64,000 bases of DNA, from positions 36,054-100,053 of the forward strand of contig WAMF01000001.1 in NCBI GenBank assembly GCA_015522475.1, read 5' to 3'. This DNA comes from Candidatus Micrarchaeota archaeon. Its GTDB lineage: Archaea; Micrarchaeota; Micrarchaeia; Anstonellales; J096. Every line of letters begins with the position of its first letter. The first letter of the stretch is position 1. Made by a program: the position numbers and the translations under genes. A model generated the notes under the pieces. The model had not been told where the DNA came from and did no database searches. It saw only the letters and a program-made list of their open reading frames with translations. Below are positions 1-10,700 of the stretch, one piece after another.

Positions 1-129
1 GTGCTGAGCCGCTATTCTAGCAAACGTAGAGCCAGCAGGCCCAGCCCCTACGACGACAACATCCGTTTCTATATCAGCCATATTAACACCCAAACTTTCC
101 GTGCCTTCAGGCCAGCTCCTCAGGCCCGC

Positions 130-357
130 TTATACATTATACTTCTTCCTTACCTCTTCTGGGAGATCCTCGACGCGTTTTATGCCCTTGAACATCTCTA
201 TGACGTTGGCGGGGCATGCCTTGACACATAACCCACAATCGATGCATTTTTCAGGATACGTGGCTACGCGCGTCCCCCTCAACTCGATGGCAGAGGCGGG
301 GCACACAGAAGAGCAGCCTCCGCAGAATATGCACTCATCATGGTCTATAAGAATCAT
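130..357 (-). CDS. 2x[4Fe-4S] ferredoxin
   Basis: 75 aa with two CxxCxxCxxxCP motifs (CIFCGGCSSVCP, CIDCGLCVKACP). Confidence 0.8.
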   Translation of the reverse strand: MILIDHDECIFCGGCSSVCPASAIELRGTRVATYPEKCIDCGLCVKACPANVIEMFKGIKRVEDLPEEVRKKYNV

Positions 358-858
358 AAGCCGCCTTTTGTAGGCAAGTAGTTAAAAACATTTCCCGCAG
401 CTTTCGACAATTTAAAAATGAGCATCACGCGGATTTTTCCTTACTATATAACCTAGCTATTTGCATATATAGAGGGTACCTAATTTTCATATTCAAAGAT
501 AAAGATATGTTGTGTAAGTTATTAGCAGTTTCGTAGCGGTTAGAAGAGAGTGAAGATGAAAATCCTCGAATTAAGGGGTGCCTAGAAAGCACATAATTAA
601 TGTATTTGGAGTTCTGCCCCTCTCTCCCTTGTTGGACGCTTCGCCTTATTTTCTGACCTTGCTGGCTTCCGAACGTCATGTGAATCCCTCGTAGTCGTGG
701 TTAAGTGGTTAACACCTTCTTTAACATTATCTGCTTTGTCCGGGCTTTTACATTAAAACCCACACATATACACTATTATAAGTAGGAAATGTTTTTAAAG
801 CTGGCGCACGCTTTGTTTTAAAAATAGCACGGCATAATAGGGCTAAGGTGAGGGGTAG

Positions 859-1992
859 ATGAGAAAAATGGAAAAAGGAGGCATAATGAAGGGCTTTCGA
901 TTTTCTGGATCCATAGCTTTCCTCATGGTGGCTCTATTCATGGCCGGCTGCATGGGCGGGAATAAAAATGGCTCTGGCATATTCGGTGGTGGAAATAACG
1001 CCAACACATTAAACTTTACAGTCAAACTCACAGGAGAGAAAGCCCACATAGTCCCAAGAGAAATCGGCTCATCCAACAATGGTAATACGGGTAACATAGG
1101 GGGCAATGGGAGCTACAACCTTCCACCTGTATCTCACGCGGCTATAGCCAACTATTCATATGAGCCAAACGCCAACTTACGGATCCTCTTCTTTAATGTA
1201 AGTGAAGGGAAGACGTTTGGACAAGAACAAGGTAGGTTAGACCTTATATCAAAAGGCGACTTCGACGTAGCTGTAGTGAATGTGCCGGAGTCAAAGGAAG
1301 AAAAAACAGCTTATTACCTAACAAAGTACGCGGATGACATAGAGTATTTCATTGTGCCCTCGACATACAACATTGGTAGCGTGGAATACATACTAAAAAA
1401 TGTGCCCGTTGCAACCCTTGTCTTGCCTCAGTACAACGACGCTAGCATAGAAGAACTTGCAAACTATGCTAAGGCTCGCAATATAACAGTCATGTACGTT
1501 AAAGCAGGCAGCGAAATAGACGGGAACGGCATAAGCTTAAAGTTTACGTCGCCGTTCCCCGGCTTAGGCGAGGGGCCAGATGTGAATTCAGTTGCTTTTT
1601 ACCTGCTGGATAGAACTTTCACCATGTTCTTTGCCAACGATATAAACGACGCTGTAGCAAACAGAATGGTCACCTCCAATCTATACCAGAAGGTAGACAT
1701 AATGACAGTGCCTAAGTACGGCGTCGGCTCATTAAAGGCGGGCACAGTCTCTGCCATGACAGTCCTCATGAGTAAACTCCAGCCATCGGAGGCTATATTC
1801 GAAGGAAGTCCCATAAATTTCCAAACAGTGAGAGTTGAGGCGGATCCTCACAGCTACTACGTTAAGTACTTTGATTCTGTTGGGACAAAGGAGTACTCTG
1901 TTGGCAATGCAGGCATTCTCTCCATATATTACACGGGAACGAACTACACAATTAGCACTGCAGGTTCTTCCTCCTCAGCCTCCTCAGAATAG
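859..1992 (+). CDS. secreted/lipoprotein-like protein of unknown function (possible degenerate MBL-fold domain)
   Basis: N-terminal hydrophobic signal with lipobox-like AGC; Gly/Asn-rich linker; Ser-rich C-terminus; weak resemblance to the C-terminal half of ComEC-type MBL domains but without His motifs. True start may be an internal Met. Confidence 0.4.
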   Translation: MRKMEKGGIMKGFRFSGSIAFLMVALFMAGCMGGNKNGSGIFGGGNNANTLNFTVKLTGEKAHIVPREIGSSNNGNTGNIGGNGSYNLPPVSHAAIANYSYEPNANLRILFFNVSEGKTFGQEQGRLDLISKGDFDVAVVNVPESKEEKTAYYLTKYADDIEYFIVPSTYNIGSVEYILKNVPVATLVLPQYNDASIEELANYAKARNITVMYVKAGSEIDGNGISLKFTSPFPGLGEGPDVNSVAFYLLDRTFTMFFANDINDAVANRMVTSNLYQKVDIMTVPKYGVGSLKAGTVSAMTVLMSKLQPSEAIFEGSPINFQTVRVEADPHSYYVKYFDSVGTKEYSVGNAGILSIYYTGTNYTISTAGSSSSASSE

Positions 1993-2031
1993 AAATTCAG
2001 AATAGGAATAAACTATAAGTAATAAACCATA

Positions 2032-2763
2032 ATGAAGGTAATAAAGAGGTATAAACACCTTAGGCATCTTAAAAGTGTTATGATGACATCAAAAACAACG
2101 GTTGTGGTTTCGCTCGGCGGTAGCGTCATAAACCCCCAAGAGCCCGACGTAAAGACGATAAGGACTCTAGCCAAGGTTTTCAACAGCTTTAAGGGACGCT
2201 TGGGCATTGTAACAGGTGGCGGCAGCTATGCGCGTGTCTATGCCAATGCTGTAAGAGAGCTCTCTAGAAATGAGTTTTTGGCAGACGAAGTAGCCATTCT
2301 AGAGACGCGCCAAAATGCTCAGCTCATTATCTCTGCTCTAAAAGATGTGTGTCCCTATGCGCCAGAGGACTTCAAAAAAGCCACGTCCTTACTGAATACA
2401 TATAAAACGGTGGTTATGGGCGGAACCATACCGGGTATAACGAGCGACGCCGACGCTGTAATGCTAGCGGAGGTTGTTAAAGCAAAGCGTATAGTGAACA
2501 TAAGCAACATCGACGCTGTTTATGATAGAGACCCAAGGCAAAAAGGGGCAAGAAAGCTGCCTAAAATGACACATGCCGAACTTGTTAAGATGGCAGAGCG
2601 CTTTGATAAAAGAAAAGCAGGAACACACTTTATATTTGACGTGCTAGCGGCAAAGCTCGCAGCTAGATCAGGCATAGAAGTGCACTTCGTCAACAAAGAA
2701 GCAAAAAACGTTAAGGCGGCCTTAGAAGGGAAGAGGCACAAAGGAACGATTGTAAGAGGCTAG
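2032..2763 (+). CDS. pyrH: amino-acid-kinase family protein, probably archaeal uridylate kinase
   Basis: VVSLGGSV...GIVTGGGSYAR motifs typical of the aspartokinase/UMP kinase fold; size matches archaeal PyrH. Isopentenyl phosphate kinase is the alternative. Confidence 0.5.
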   Translation: MKVIKRYKHLRHLKSVMMTSKTTVVVSLGGSVINPQEPDVKTIRTLAKVFNSFKGRLGIVTGGGSYARVYANAVRELSRNEFLADEVAILETRQNAQLIISALKDVCPYAPEDFKKATSLLNTYKTVVMGGTIPGITSDADAVMLAEVVKAKRIVNISNIDAVYDRDPRQKGARKLPKMTHAELVKMAERFDKRKAGTHFIFDVLAAKLAARSGIEVHFVNKEAKNVKAALEGKRHKGTIVRG

Positions 2764-2845
2764 CACCCAAATTTAGAGAAGAAGAGTATTTTTAGCGGAA
2801 GGGTATTAAGAGATTCAAAGGAACGCCAGAAGCCACGAGATCTTC

Positions 2846-3799
2846 TTATTCTTGATCTATATATACCTTTTTCTCCCTTGCAAAGTATATATGCTCAAGT
2901 TTGAATACTTCTTTTATGTAATCAAAGCCCCTCTTTACTTCTTTGTAAAGTTCCTTCGCTCTTTCTGTAGAAAATTTGACCCCAGTTTTTTCATCCCATA
3001 CCTTGTCAAACCGTCTGGCGAACACCAAAAGCGCGTCAAGAGTTGTCTGTTGCATGCGAACATACCACAAGGGGATAAAATGCAAGAGGGGATAAAAAGC
3101 CACAGGTATGACTCTTTTCTCGTAAACCATGTCCGCGTGCGTTTCCCTTTCCTTATCCTCCTTATAAGTGTTGTCTAGGACCAACAGCTCATCTCTCTTA
3201 CCAAGAAGCTCTACAAAAGCTCGGGGCAGCTTATAAGGAAGCTTCATTATCTCAAAATCCAGCTTAAAAAGATGCTCTAAGTTGAAGGCCTCAAAAAACG
3301 CCTTGTGAATGATTGAGACCTTTCCAAGTAAAAATGTGCCTTCTAAATTATCCTTAACAAAAAGAGCTACCACAGACTCATTGAACAAAAAGGGCACAAT
3401 CCCTGTAAGATAAAAGTGCTTTCTAGCAAGAAGAGGTAAAACAGAAACAACATGAGAAAGCTCTTCTTTGTTTGAAGGTAAAGGAAGAAAGAGTGCCACT
3501 TTGGTCCAACGCGGCCAATGGTTGGCCTGCCTTTGTTTAAGAAACTCGCGAATGGTCTTATTCAAAACTATCTTATATGTTTTGTAGTCAACATGAGACG
3601 GGCTCGACGGTGGAAAGATTACAGCTATAGAATAACCTTTAAAGATGCTAATTTGAAAACGAAGTTTATGTGTTTCTCCGTCGAGCTCTTGCCATATGGC
3701 AGTGCTTACTCTTTCTTCAGAGAGGTATATATCAAATATGGCCGGGCGTGCTAATATGTTCGTTTTGGCCAAGCGATGTCCATGCTTAAATACACACAT
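2846..3799 (-). CDS. hypothetical protein
   Basis: 317-aa ORF with no recognised motifs. Confidence 0.4.
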   Translation of the reverse strand: MCVFKHGHRLAKTNILARPAIFDIYLSEERVSTAIWQELDGETHKLRFQISIFKGYSIAVIFPPSSPSHVDYKTYKIVLNKTIREFLKQRQANHWPRWTKVALFLPLPSNKEELSHVVSVLPLLARKHFYLTGIVPFLFNESVVALFVKDNLEGTFLLGKVSIIHKAFFEAFNLEHLFKLDFEIMKLPYKLPRAFVELLGKRDELLVLDNTYKEDKERETHADMVYEKRVIPVAFYPLLHFIPLWYVRMQQTTLDALLVFARRFDKVWDEKTGVKFSTERAKELYKEVKRGFDYIKEVFKLEHIYFAREKKVYIDQE

Positions 3800-3832
3800 G
3801 CTTCCATAAATTATTACTTGTATTTTTAAGCT

Positions 3833-4351
3833 TTAGCCTTTGAGCCGTCTGCTCTTAGCTATTTGGTTTATCAGCTTCCCTTCCTTTAACAGACTACAGC
3901 CTAACACTCGTCCTCGAGCATCAGCTACAATAACATAACCTCTCATCCCCTCTACAGGCTGATAGAAACTGTTTTTATCTAAATCTCTGCCTAGGGCAAA
4001 AGCTTTGGCATCTTCTGAGCTTTTAATGAATACAACATTCCTAATAGCGAGCTCGCCTATAAGCTGAAGAAGGTTTGAGCTTGGCTTCACGTTTGCTGAA
4101 TTGCTGCCTACAGTGCCAGCTGGCAAGCCCACGCGCTCCAGGGCAACATTGCGCGTACTTGGCAACTTGAGTAAAGGCTTTGAAAGGGCGAACCAGCGCT
4201 TCCCTTTCCTTAAGAACTCCAACCATGATGGCGAAGAAATACCAAAACGTTCCTTTAGATAGTCTGCAAAAAATGTGTGGGAGGAGTAAAAAGACGAAGA
4301 GCTCTGCTCTTGTCCATCATCTGCAAGCTCACTGCTGGTATTATTGCTCAA
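3833..4351 (-). CDS. hypothetical protein, possible PUA/Nip7-like C-terminal domain
   Basis: C-terminal GYVIVADARGRVLGCSLLKEGKL resembles PUA-domain cores. Overlaps the ferredoxin gene by 11 nt. Confidence 0.3.
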   Translation of the reverse strand: MSNNTSSELADDGQEQSSSSFYSSHTFFADYLKERFGISSPSWLEFLRKGKRWFALSKPLLKLPSTRNVALERVGLPAGTVGSNSANVKPSSNLLQLIGELAIRNVVFIKSSEDAKAFALGRDLDKNSFYQPVEGMRGYVIVADARGRVLGCSLLKEGKLINQIAKSRRLKG

Positions 4352-4613
4352 CCTTAACCTCCCCGCCTTTTATGACTGTTTGACAGAGAAGCCTTTGATT
4401 GGGCTTAGCCCCAAACATCTCAAGCGTTTGCTTTTCTTTCTCAGACGGAGGCTCCAAATTCTCTGCACCTTCTATGATTGTCGAGAGACAACTTCCACAA
4501 ACACCTTCTTCACAGGCAAAAAGAATAGAGCACTTCCCATTGAGTGCACTAAGTTTGCTGCCATCGGGAACGTCAACCCACTTGTCATCATTCTTTACGT
4601 ATACGCGTGCCAT
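4341..4613 (-). CDS. 2Fe-2S ferredoxin-like protein
   Basis: CEEGVCGSC...LLCQ cysteine pattern of plant-type 2Fe-2S ferredoxins; 90 aa. Confidence 0.65.
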   Translation of the reverse strand: MARVYVKNDDKWVDVPDGSKLSALNGKCSILFACEEGVCGSCLSTIIEGAENLEPPSEKEKQTLEMFGAKPNQRLLCQTVIKGGEVKVEQ

Positions 4614-4622
4614 GGCAAGGGC

Positions 4623-5090
4623 TTACTTAGAACGTTTTAAAAATCTAGCTATGGGCTTTATGGCAATCCCAAAATAGACTAGCTTGTGATGCCGTCCATC
4701 CTTTGTTTCTAAGATTGCATATATAAGGCTATGATCCTCAACCTCATCGTAGTTGTAGAATGCGAGAGCTTTTCTCTCACCAAGCCCATGTGTGTATACA
4801 ATTTTTGAAGAGACTATTGATAGGATTTTACCGTTGAAATGACTGTAAACAGTTACAGGAGCTATAGAAAGGCCTGAGCTCCTTCCTACGATCTTATTCA
4901 TAAGACCAGCAACCATGAGTCCATCGAAGTCTTCGACGAGATTAAAAAGTGAGGCATAGACAGCTCCCTTACTTCCATCTTTAACGGCATTTAGTGCAAA
5001 GCTGTATGCACTGCCTTCAAACTTAACAAACATGTTGGAAACGCCGGCTATTGCCAAGCCAGAAAACGCCTTCCCACTCGTCAGAAACAA
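4623..5090 (-). CDS. hypothetical protein
   Basis: 155-aa ORF, apparently co-oriented in an operon with flanking genes. Confidence 0.4.
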   Translation of the reverse strand: MFLTSGKAFSGLAIAGVSNMFVKFEGSAYSFALNAVKDGSKGAVYASLFNLVEDFDGLMVAGLMNKIVGRSSGLSIAPVTVYSHFNGKILSIVSSKIVYTHGLGERKALAFYNYDEVEDHSLIYAILETKDGRHHKLVYFGIAIKPIARFLKRSK

Positions 5091-5401
5091 CGAAAAGGCG
5101 TTCCCTTCTCCTTTGCCAAATACCGACGTCCAAGAGGCAAGAGCTCCCTAAAAGTTTCCACTTCATTCACTGCGGCTAGAGAAAGACCGTCTAGCTCTTC
5201 GACGACGTTTTTAAACTTAAGCTTAAACCCCTTAAACCCTTTAAAACGTGCAAAAAGAGATTGGGAGAACCTTGCCTTCCGAATCCTTGAGTTTTGCAAG
5301 AGTTCCAAAAAGCGCGATTTTATTTGTTGGTTTTTCTCTTCATAAATCCGTCTAACTTCCCCCTTAAAGACGGATTTGTATTGGCGGGCGAGGCTGGACA
5401 T
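5081..5401 (-). CDS. hypothetical basic protein
   Basis: 106 aa, Lys/Arg-rich; 10-nt overlap with the downstream gene. Confidence 0.35.
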   Translation of the reverse strand: MSSLARQYKSVFKGEVRRIYEEKNQQIKSRFLELLQNSRIRKARFSQSLFARFKGFKGFKLKFKNVVEELDGLSLAAVNEVETFRELLPLGRRYLAKEKGTPFRCF

Positions 5402-5426
5402 GTAGACTTTTAGAATTAGGTGGTTT

Positions 5427-5969
5427 TTAAGCTTTTCGCCTCCTTGGGCCTTTTCGCCCTCTAAATAAATCCGGCCGCTTTTTCTTTATGGCCGAGAGGA
5501 AGTTATCTGCATTTTGATATAGAAAATAAGGGAGACGAAGTTTGTCACCGTCAGCAAGCGAAATTATTACCATCCGAGGCTCATGAGAGTGAATGCTTAT
5601 GTGCATGATGTCTTCCCAATTTACCCATCGCCATTCTGAGAAAATTTGATACCATATGCCTTTGGGATAAAGCTCCACACTGAAGACAGATGTCAAGAAA
5701 AAGTGTATAATAACAAGAGGCACACCTACAACAACGACTATGACAACGACAAAGACAAAGATACTGATTAAAAGACTAGCAACACTGAAGATATCTGTAT
5801 TCAGCAGTATAGTGAACCCCGTAAATCCAAACAAGACCAAAACAGGAAGTGAGAGGAGAATTGTGAGAAGCATGGCTAGGAATATTAAGATATGTACATG
5901 TGGCTTAGCCTTAACAACAAGTTCTGCATTACTTCTCCCAGATACAGTCTTGCCCCTTAGAGCTGTCAT
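5427..5969 (-). CDS. membrane-anchored bPH (DUF304/YdbT-like) domain protein
   Basis: Two N-terminal TM helices followed by a ~90-aa soluble domain; paralog of 6282..6824 and 54777..55355 (shared W..VNWE.I motif). Confidence 0.5.
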   Translation of the reverse strand: MTALRGKTVSGRSNAELVVKAKPHVHILIFLAMLLTILLSLPVLVLFGFTGFTILLNTDIFSVASLLISIFVFVVVIVVVVGVPLVIIHFFLTSVFSVELYPKGIWYQIFSEWRWVNWEDIMHISIHSHEPRMVIISLADGDKLRLPYFLYQNADNFLSAIKKKRPDLFRGRKGPRRRKA

Positions 5970-6096
5970 AGATCGATCAAAATGATGAGGAGGGAAACAT
6001 TTAAAGGGAGAGGGGAGGATTTATATAAGCCTCTTGGAAACTTTATGGAAATCAATTGAAGTCAATTAAAGCACACGCTATTTAAAGCTTCTCTCG

Positions 6097-6110
6097 CTAA
6101 AAATAAATAC
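6097..6110 (+). promoter_or_regulatory. TATA-box candidate for tRNA-Ser
   Basis: gctaaaaataaatac about 25-30 nt upstream of the tRNA 5' end; archaeal TATA consensus-like. Confidence 0.4.
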
Positions 6111-6132
6111 AAAGATGTAAGCACAGGAAAAT

Positions 6133-6215
6133 GCCGGGGTGGCGGAGTGGTTATCGCGCCGGACTCGAGATCCGGTGCCCGCAAGGGCACAAGGGTTCGA
6201 ATCCCTTCCCCGGCG
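6133..6215 (+). tRNA. tRNA-Ser (anticodon CGA)
   Basis: Cloverleaf: acceptor GCCGGGG/CCCCGGC, anticodon stem CCGGA/TCCGG with loop CTCGAGA, long variable arm typical of Ser, T-arm AAGGG-TTCGAAT-CCCTT, G73. No encoded CCA. Confidence 0.85.
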
Positions 6216-6281
6216 CTCTCTGCCTAACGAACACTAATAGATATATGGTCAACTTGCCCAATACTTCATATGGCCAAAAAG

Positions 6282-6824
6282 CTAGCGACATGCATTTGGT
6301 ACTTTCTCGAGAAGAGTTTGAATGAGCTCATTGGCGTTCTTGTAATCCACGGTGTTCAATATAATTTCCTTTCCATTGTAAAGCCTAAGAGATAGAGTGC
6401 CAAAGCCCGACGGGGGCAACTTTGCCTCTTCTATCTGCCGCCAATTTACAGTATGCCATCCGAAGAGATCTCTATATTCTATACCTTCAGGATAAACGCG
6501 TATCTTAAGCAGGACCTTTTCCAGCATAAAGATCAAGGAACAAACAACAAAGGAAAAGTAAAGAATAATTTCAAAAAGCTGTTGCCAAGAGAGTTTTGCA
6601 TTAAGAAAGCCTGTAGGCGAAGACCATGTAAAAGATGGTTGGGCACGGTAAAGCCAAATACTTAGAAGATAGAAGAGAATGGCATCCACGATTAAAAGAA
6701 GTATGATCCCAATATATCCTCCAAGCCACATAGTGGGTTTAAGTTCAACTACAAAGGAACCTGTGGGTTGCTTTTTCTCATAGCCCTCCATAAGAGGGTA
6801 TTCAACCGAAGAATTTAAAGGCAC
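6282..6824 (-). CDS. membrane-anchored bPH (DUF304-like) domain protein
   Basis: 180 aa, same length and architecture as 5427..5969. Confidence 0.5.
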   Translation of the reverse strand: MPLNSSVEYPLMEGYEKKQPTGSFVVELKPTMWLGGYIGIILLLIVDAILFYLLSIWLYRAQPSFTWSSPTGFLNAKLSWQQLFEIILYFSFVVCSLIFMLEKVLLKIRVYPEGIEYRDLFGWHTVNWRQIEEAKLPPSGFGTLSLRLYNGKEIILNTVDYKNANELIQTLLEKVPNACR

Positions 6825-6830
6825 TGCCTA

Positions 6831-6841
6831 CATTTTTAAAC
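6831..6841 (+). promoter_or_regulatory. TATA-box candidate for tRNA-Tyr
   Basis: catttttaaac about 30 nt upstream of the tRNA 5' end. Confidence 0.35.
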
Positions 6842-6867
6842 ATTCTCTTGCATAAAAGGGAAGTAAT

Positions 6868-6965
6868 CCCGCCGTAGCTCAACGGTAGAGCGCCCGGCTG
6901 TAGTTTGTCGCCGCGAAGGCTAAGTGGTTACCGGGAGGTTGGCGGTTCAAATCCGCCCGGCGGGA
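6868..6965 (+). tRNA. tRNA-Tyr (anticodon GUA) with ~26-nt intron in the anticodon loop
   Basis: Acceptor CCCGCCG/CGGCGGG has the C1:G72 pair diagnostic of archaeal/eukaryal tRNA-Tyr, with A73. D-arm GCTC-AACGGTA-GAGC; anticodon stem CCCGG/CCGGG with loop CTGTAG^(intron TTTGTCGCCGCGAAGGCTAAGTGGTT)A; T-arm GGCGG-TTCAAAT-CCGCC. Confidence 0.75.
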
Positions 6966-7046
6966 CTCATATTTTTAGATGCTCATTATACCTTGTTTCC
7001 CTTCGCTGTTATGTCACTCTGTTACTTTTCCACTTTCATTGCTTCG

Positions 7047-7583
7047 TTACTTTGGCGGCTCTGGTTTCCTCTGCCCCACATAGCGCCCATATTCGTCGTA
7101 GGCTTTTTCCACGGGCGAAGAGAGTTTAAAGAAGGCGAGCTGAGCTATCCTCATACCTGGAAAAATTTTCACAGGGTTAGGATTCACAGAATACATTTCC
7201 AATGTGATGATTGAAGGCTGCTTCTCTCCAAAACCCGCATGTATAAGACCAGCCGTTACATGAACCATAAGGCCTAATCTACCCACGGAGCTCCGCCCCT
7301 CAATCTGAGCAGCTACGCTTTTTCCTAGTCTTACTTTTTCAAGTGTCGAGCCGAGAATTAACGTGCCAGATGTAAGCTCAAAGCCTCCTTCTATAGAAAC
7401 CTCTTTCCAAAAATTCGCTGGCTTAAGGGCATATATGGCCTTGCCTATATTCTCTGCCACCAAAATTGAAGAGCCCAAACGAACGTCTAGGGAGTTTCCC
7501 CCTAACAAAGATTTATCAAAAGGCTCTATGCTTATCTCTCCAGCCTCGATTAAATAGAGTATATCCTGCCTGCTTAATAGCAT
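7047..7583 (-). CDS. dcd: dCTP deaminase
   Basis: 178 aa; N-terminal MLLSRQDILYLIEAGEISIEP and a dUTPase-like beta-barrel core typical of the Dcd family. Confidence 0.7.
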   Translation of the reverse strand: MLLSRQDILYLIEAGEISIEPFDKSLLGGNSLDVRLGSSILVAENIGKAIYALKPANFWKEVSIEGGFELTSGTLILGSTLEKVRLGKSVAAQIEGRSSVGRLGLMVHVTAGLIHAGFGEKQPSIITLEMYSVNPNPVKIFPGMRIAQLAFFKLSSPVEKAYDEYGRYVGQRKPEPPK

Positions 7584-7747
7584 GGCATCTCTTTGAAAAG
7601 AAGGGTTTAAAGCAGTGAGCCCAAAAGCTCAGTTTAAACTCACAAAAGCAAAAAAGAAAAACGAAAAGTGAACATACCCTGCACTGCACCCAAACCAACC
7701 TTTGGGTTATTCTATAGCTTAGCATCCAGAGAAGTTATCCAGGAGAA

Positions 7748-10700
7748 TTAAAACGTTGGCGGATTTTCATTCCCAGGCTCTTCTGCTTCGCCAGCAACCC
7801 TTGTAACTCCTGCTTGTTCATTTCCCTCTTCTTCATTAACTCCCTTTTTCTCACTTTGCCTCCTACCTCTGCGCTTCACAACATACCGAATAACCACTAT
7901 AAGGGCTAGAACAACCAAAATAGCTCCGCCTATAACGTAGTTAGAAACGGCCTTCTCTAAACCCAAGTTAGCCACTTCTATGCCTACATTGTCTATGGAT
8001 TTATGTGAGACCACGACGACATGGTATTTGCCCTTAGGTAAGTTCCTTAACTCAAGTGTCTCGTTGCCACTGCCTTCCTTCTCCATAATGAGCTTATTGC
8101 CCAAGTAAACTTTGGCTGTATATGAGCCCTTGACTTTGGGCTTTACGTATATGATAGCTTGACTTTGGACATTGAAGTCCACTGTTTTTGTATGTACGGT
8201 TGGTTTTTCTTCTGGCCTTACTTTTACAAGCGTGGTTGTGGTTTGTTTGATGGGCATATTGCTTGTGTACATGTAGCTGCCAGCTGACGGAGGTATAAAT
8301 GTAGCTTCGCCATCTTCATTTGTTTTCAGAGACCACGTGCCTTTGTCAGATACGGCTTTTATGTTAATATTAGAGGCAGGTGAGCCATCCTGGTATGTTA
8401 TGTGTATAATTATTTTGTCGCCAACGTACGCTTGGGAAGGTGCGCTTATTACAAGGGACTTTTCCGTTGTGTTGACTGAGAGGCCACCACTGGATGAGCT
8501 GCCGCCTTGAGGTTGTGTTGTTGGAAGGATGATTTCAGCCATCTTTTGTGCGCTTATATTCTTGTAAGTGGCTTTTATAGTGTAGTTGCCGCTTTGGTTT
8601 ATGCTGAGTGTTATTGTGCCTTTGGAATCTGGGTGTCCTGAGTAACTTATATTTTCTCCGCTTATCCTCACAGTAACATCTGTTGGATTTATACTCTCAT
8701 TGTCTTTATAGAGTGTTGTGTATATAGATAGCAAGGCTTTCTCTGTGTTGTAATTCCAAGCTAGCTTTAAGTTGTACGTCGGCTGTGCTTTTTTGGGCTT
8801 TTCTGGAGCCGTGTATGTAAAGGTTGTTTCTGCTCTTTTGTATCCACTCTTTGTAGCCGATATTTTGTACTTAGCTGGGTAAGGCAAGGTGAATGTAACC
8901 TCTCCTTTGTCATCTGTTGTTGAGCTTTTTATGTAAAAAGGCGTGTCTGGAGGTGTATCCACTTGCCTAAGAACGACATGCGCATCCCATACATCTCTGC
9001 CATCAGAAGTTACATAGACTATTAACGATGAGTTTTTGAGTGTGTAATTGATGGACAAGGGTTTTTTGTGTTTTTTGGGTTTGGGTGGGGTTGGTGGTGA
9101 AGGTGGTTGGTTGAGAAGAGAACAGTTAAGCATCTCTATCGTGTTGTTTGTGCCAAGGTCTGTCATGTTGCCGTAGTTGTGCTCGCCTGTGTTGTTAGTT
9201 GTATTCTCATCCAAATAAAGACCAACAGTTGGAGCTCCACAAAGATTATTGTAGGAAATGTTGTTAAAGGTTGAATTGTGTATTGTGCCACCACTATTAC
9301 TTGTTCCCAGATATATAGAATCTCCTTTGGAGATAATAGTATTGTTTAGGATATTATAAAAAGAAATCCCTGTAAGATAAACTCCATGGCTAGCATTAGA
9401 TAGTGTATTTCCTTGAATTGTTCCACCACTACCCACATCAAAATAGATAGTAAAGGGGCCATCCCCTACAGATATGTTGTTACTTATCAGAGATGTATTA
9501 ACCGCATTGTATAGGTAAAGCGTGCTTAGGTCTGTATGGTTAGCTGTAATTGTGTTATTAAATATTGTACTGTTCTGAGAGAAAAGAAGAAACTCGGCAA
9601 AGCTTGGCCAACCCGTTACAAAACTGGGTGTTAAAATAGTTGAAGCTGTAATGTTATTGTTGGAAATATTTACATTATTGCCTCCAACCAAAATGCCAGA
9701 ACCGTTTACATAGGATATTATGTTAGAAGTTATTGAATAGTTATTACCTGGTTGGAAATTGGATATGTCATGCTCAAGAAGTAGAGCAAGACCATATGTA
9801 TAATTCAATGTGTTGTTAAATATGTTGACATTATCTACTGAAATATTCATACCGACGCCATAAGTGTATGTTAAAGTGTTTCCAAAAATGGATGCATTAG
9901 TAGACACAGAACCAAAAGAGATGCCTGTCCCATTGACGTAATTTAGGCGATTGTTAAAAATGTAAGTATTATTGCTCTCTAATGCAAGAATGGAATTAAC
10001 ACGGGTTAAAGATGTAGAATTAAGTGTATTATTAGCAATCACCGAATGATTGGAACTAACATAAATACCTCCATAATATAAGTTTCCAAAAAGGATAGTA
10101 TTGTTTGTTATAGTTAGGTTTGCAAATTCAAGAAGAATCCCCGCAACGCCAGAATAAGAAGACATGAGATTGTTTGAAATGGTGGGAGTATATATAAGGT
10201 TGTTCTTGACGCATGCAGAATTGTTTGCTCCAGCACCATAGCTATAAGTATAGACTCCATATAATAAATTAGTGGAGTTGATAACACATTCTTCCATTTG
10301 GAAAGAATGCCCTCCATAATATCCTTCTACACCTGTCCTAGTATTATTAAATGTGACATTGTTTACGATAATATTATTGACATAAGTCATGAAAATTCCG
10401 TCTGAAGATGTTTCATTTGATCCCTGAATGGTCACATTCTCAACAGATATATTATCATTTCCACAGAAAATAAGCTCTGCATATGTGCCATTTGTTAGGT
10501 GTACTTGTGAATCAGACGAGTAAAAAATGGGATTGCTATTATACCCTGTATTATTGTATATATTTACATCATAGCATCCATTCTTATCGGACGTTGAGGG
10601 AAGGCCAAACAAGATGTCAATTACATTATTATAAAAGCGATTTGATGATATGGTAAGGTTGGAAGTTTCAAGATGAAAGGAAATACCTTCAACATTACTA

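Noticed and set aside
859-1992. Calling ORF 859..1992 a ComEC/MBL hydrolase
   Set aside because: Only a loose resemblance in the spacing of hydrophobic/Asp residues; the His-x-His-x-Asp-His motif is absent. Downgraded to a hypothetical secreted protein.
6131-6325. ORF 6131..6325 (+), 64 aa
   Set aside because: Its first 85 nt are the tRNA-Ser gene itself; spurious.
6905-7214. Plus-strand ORFs 6905..7129 and 6924..7214
   Set aside because: They begin inside tRNA-Tyr and run antisense through the dcd gene; no independent support. Treated as spurious.
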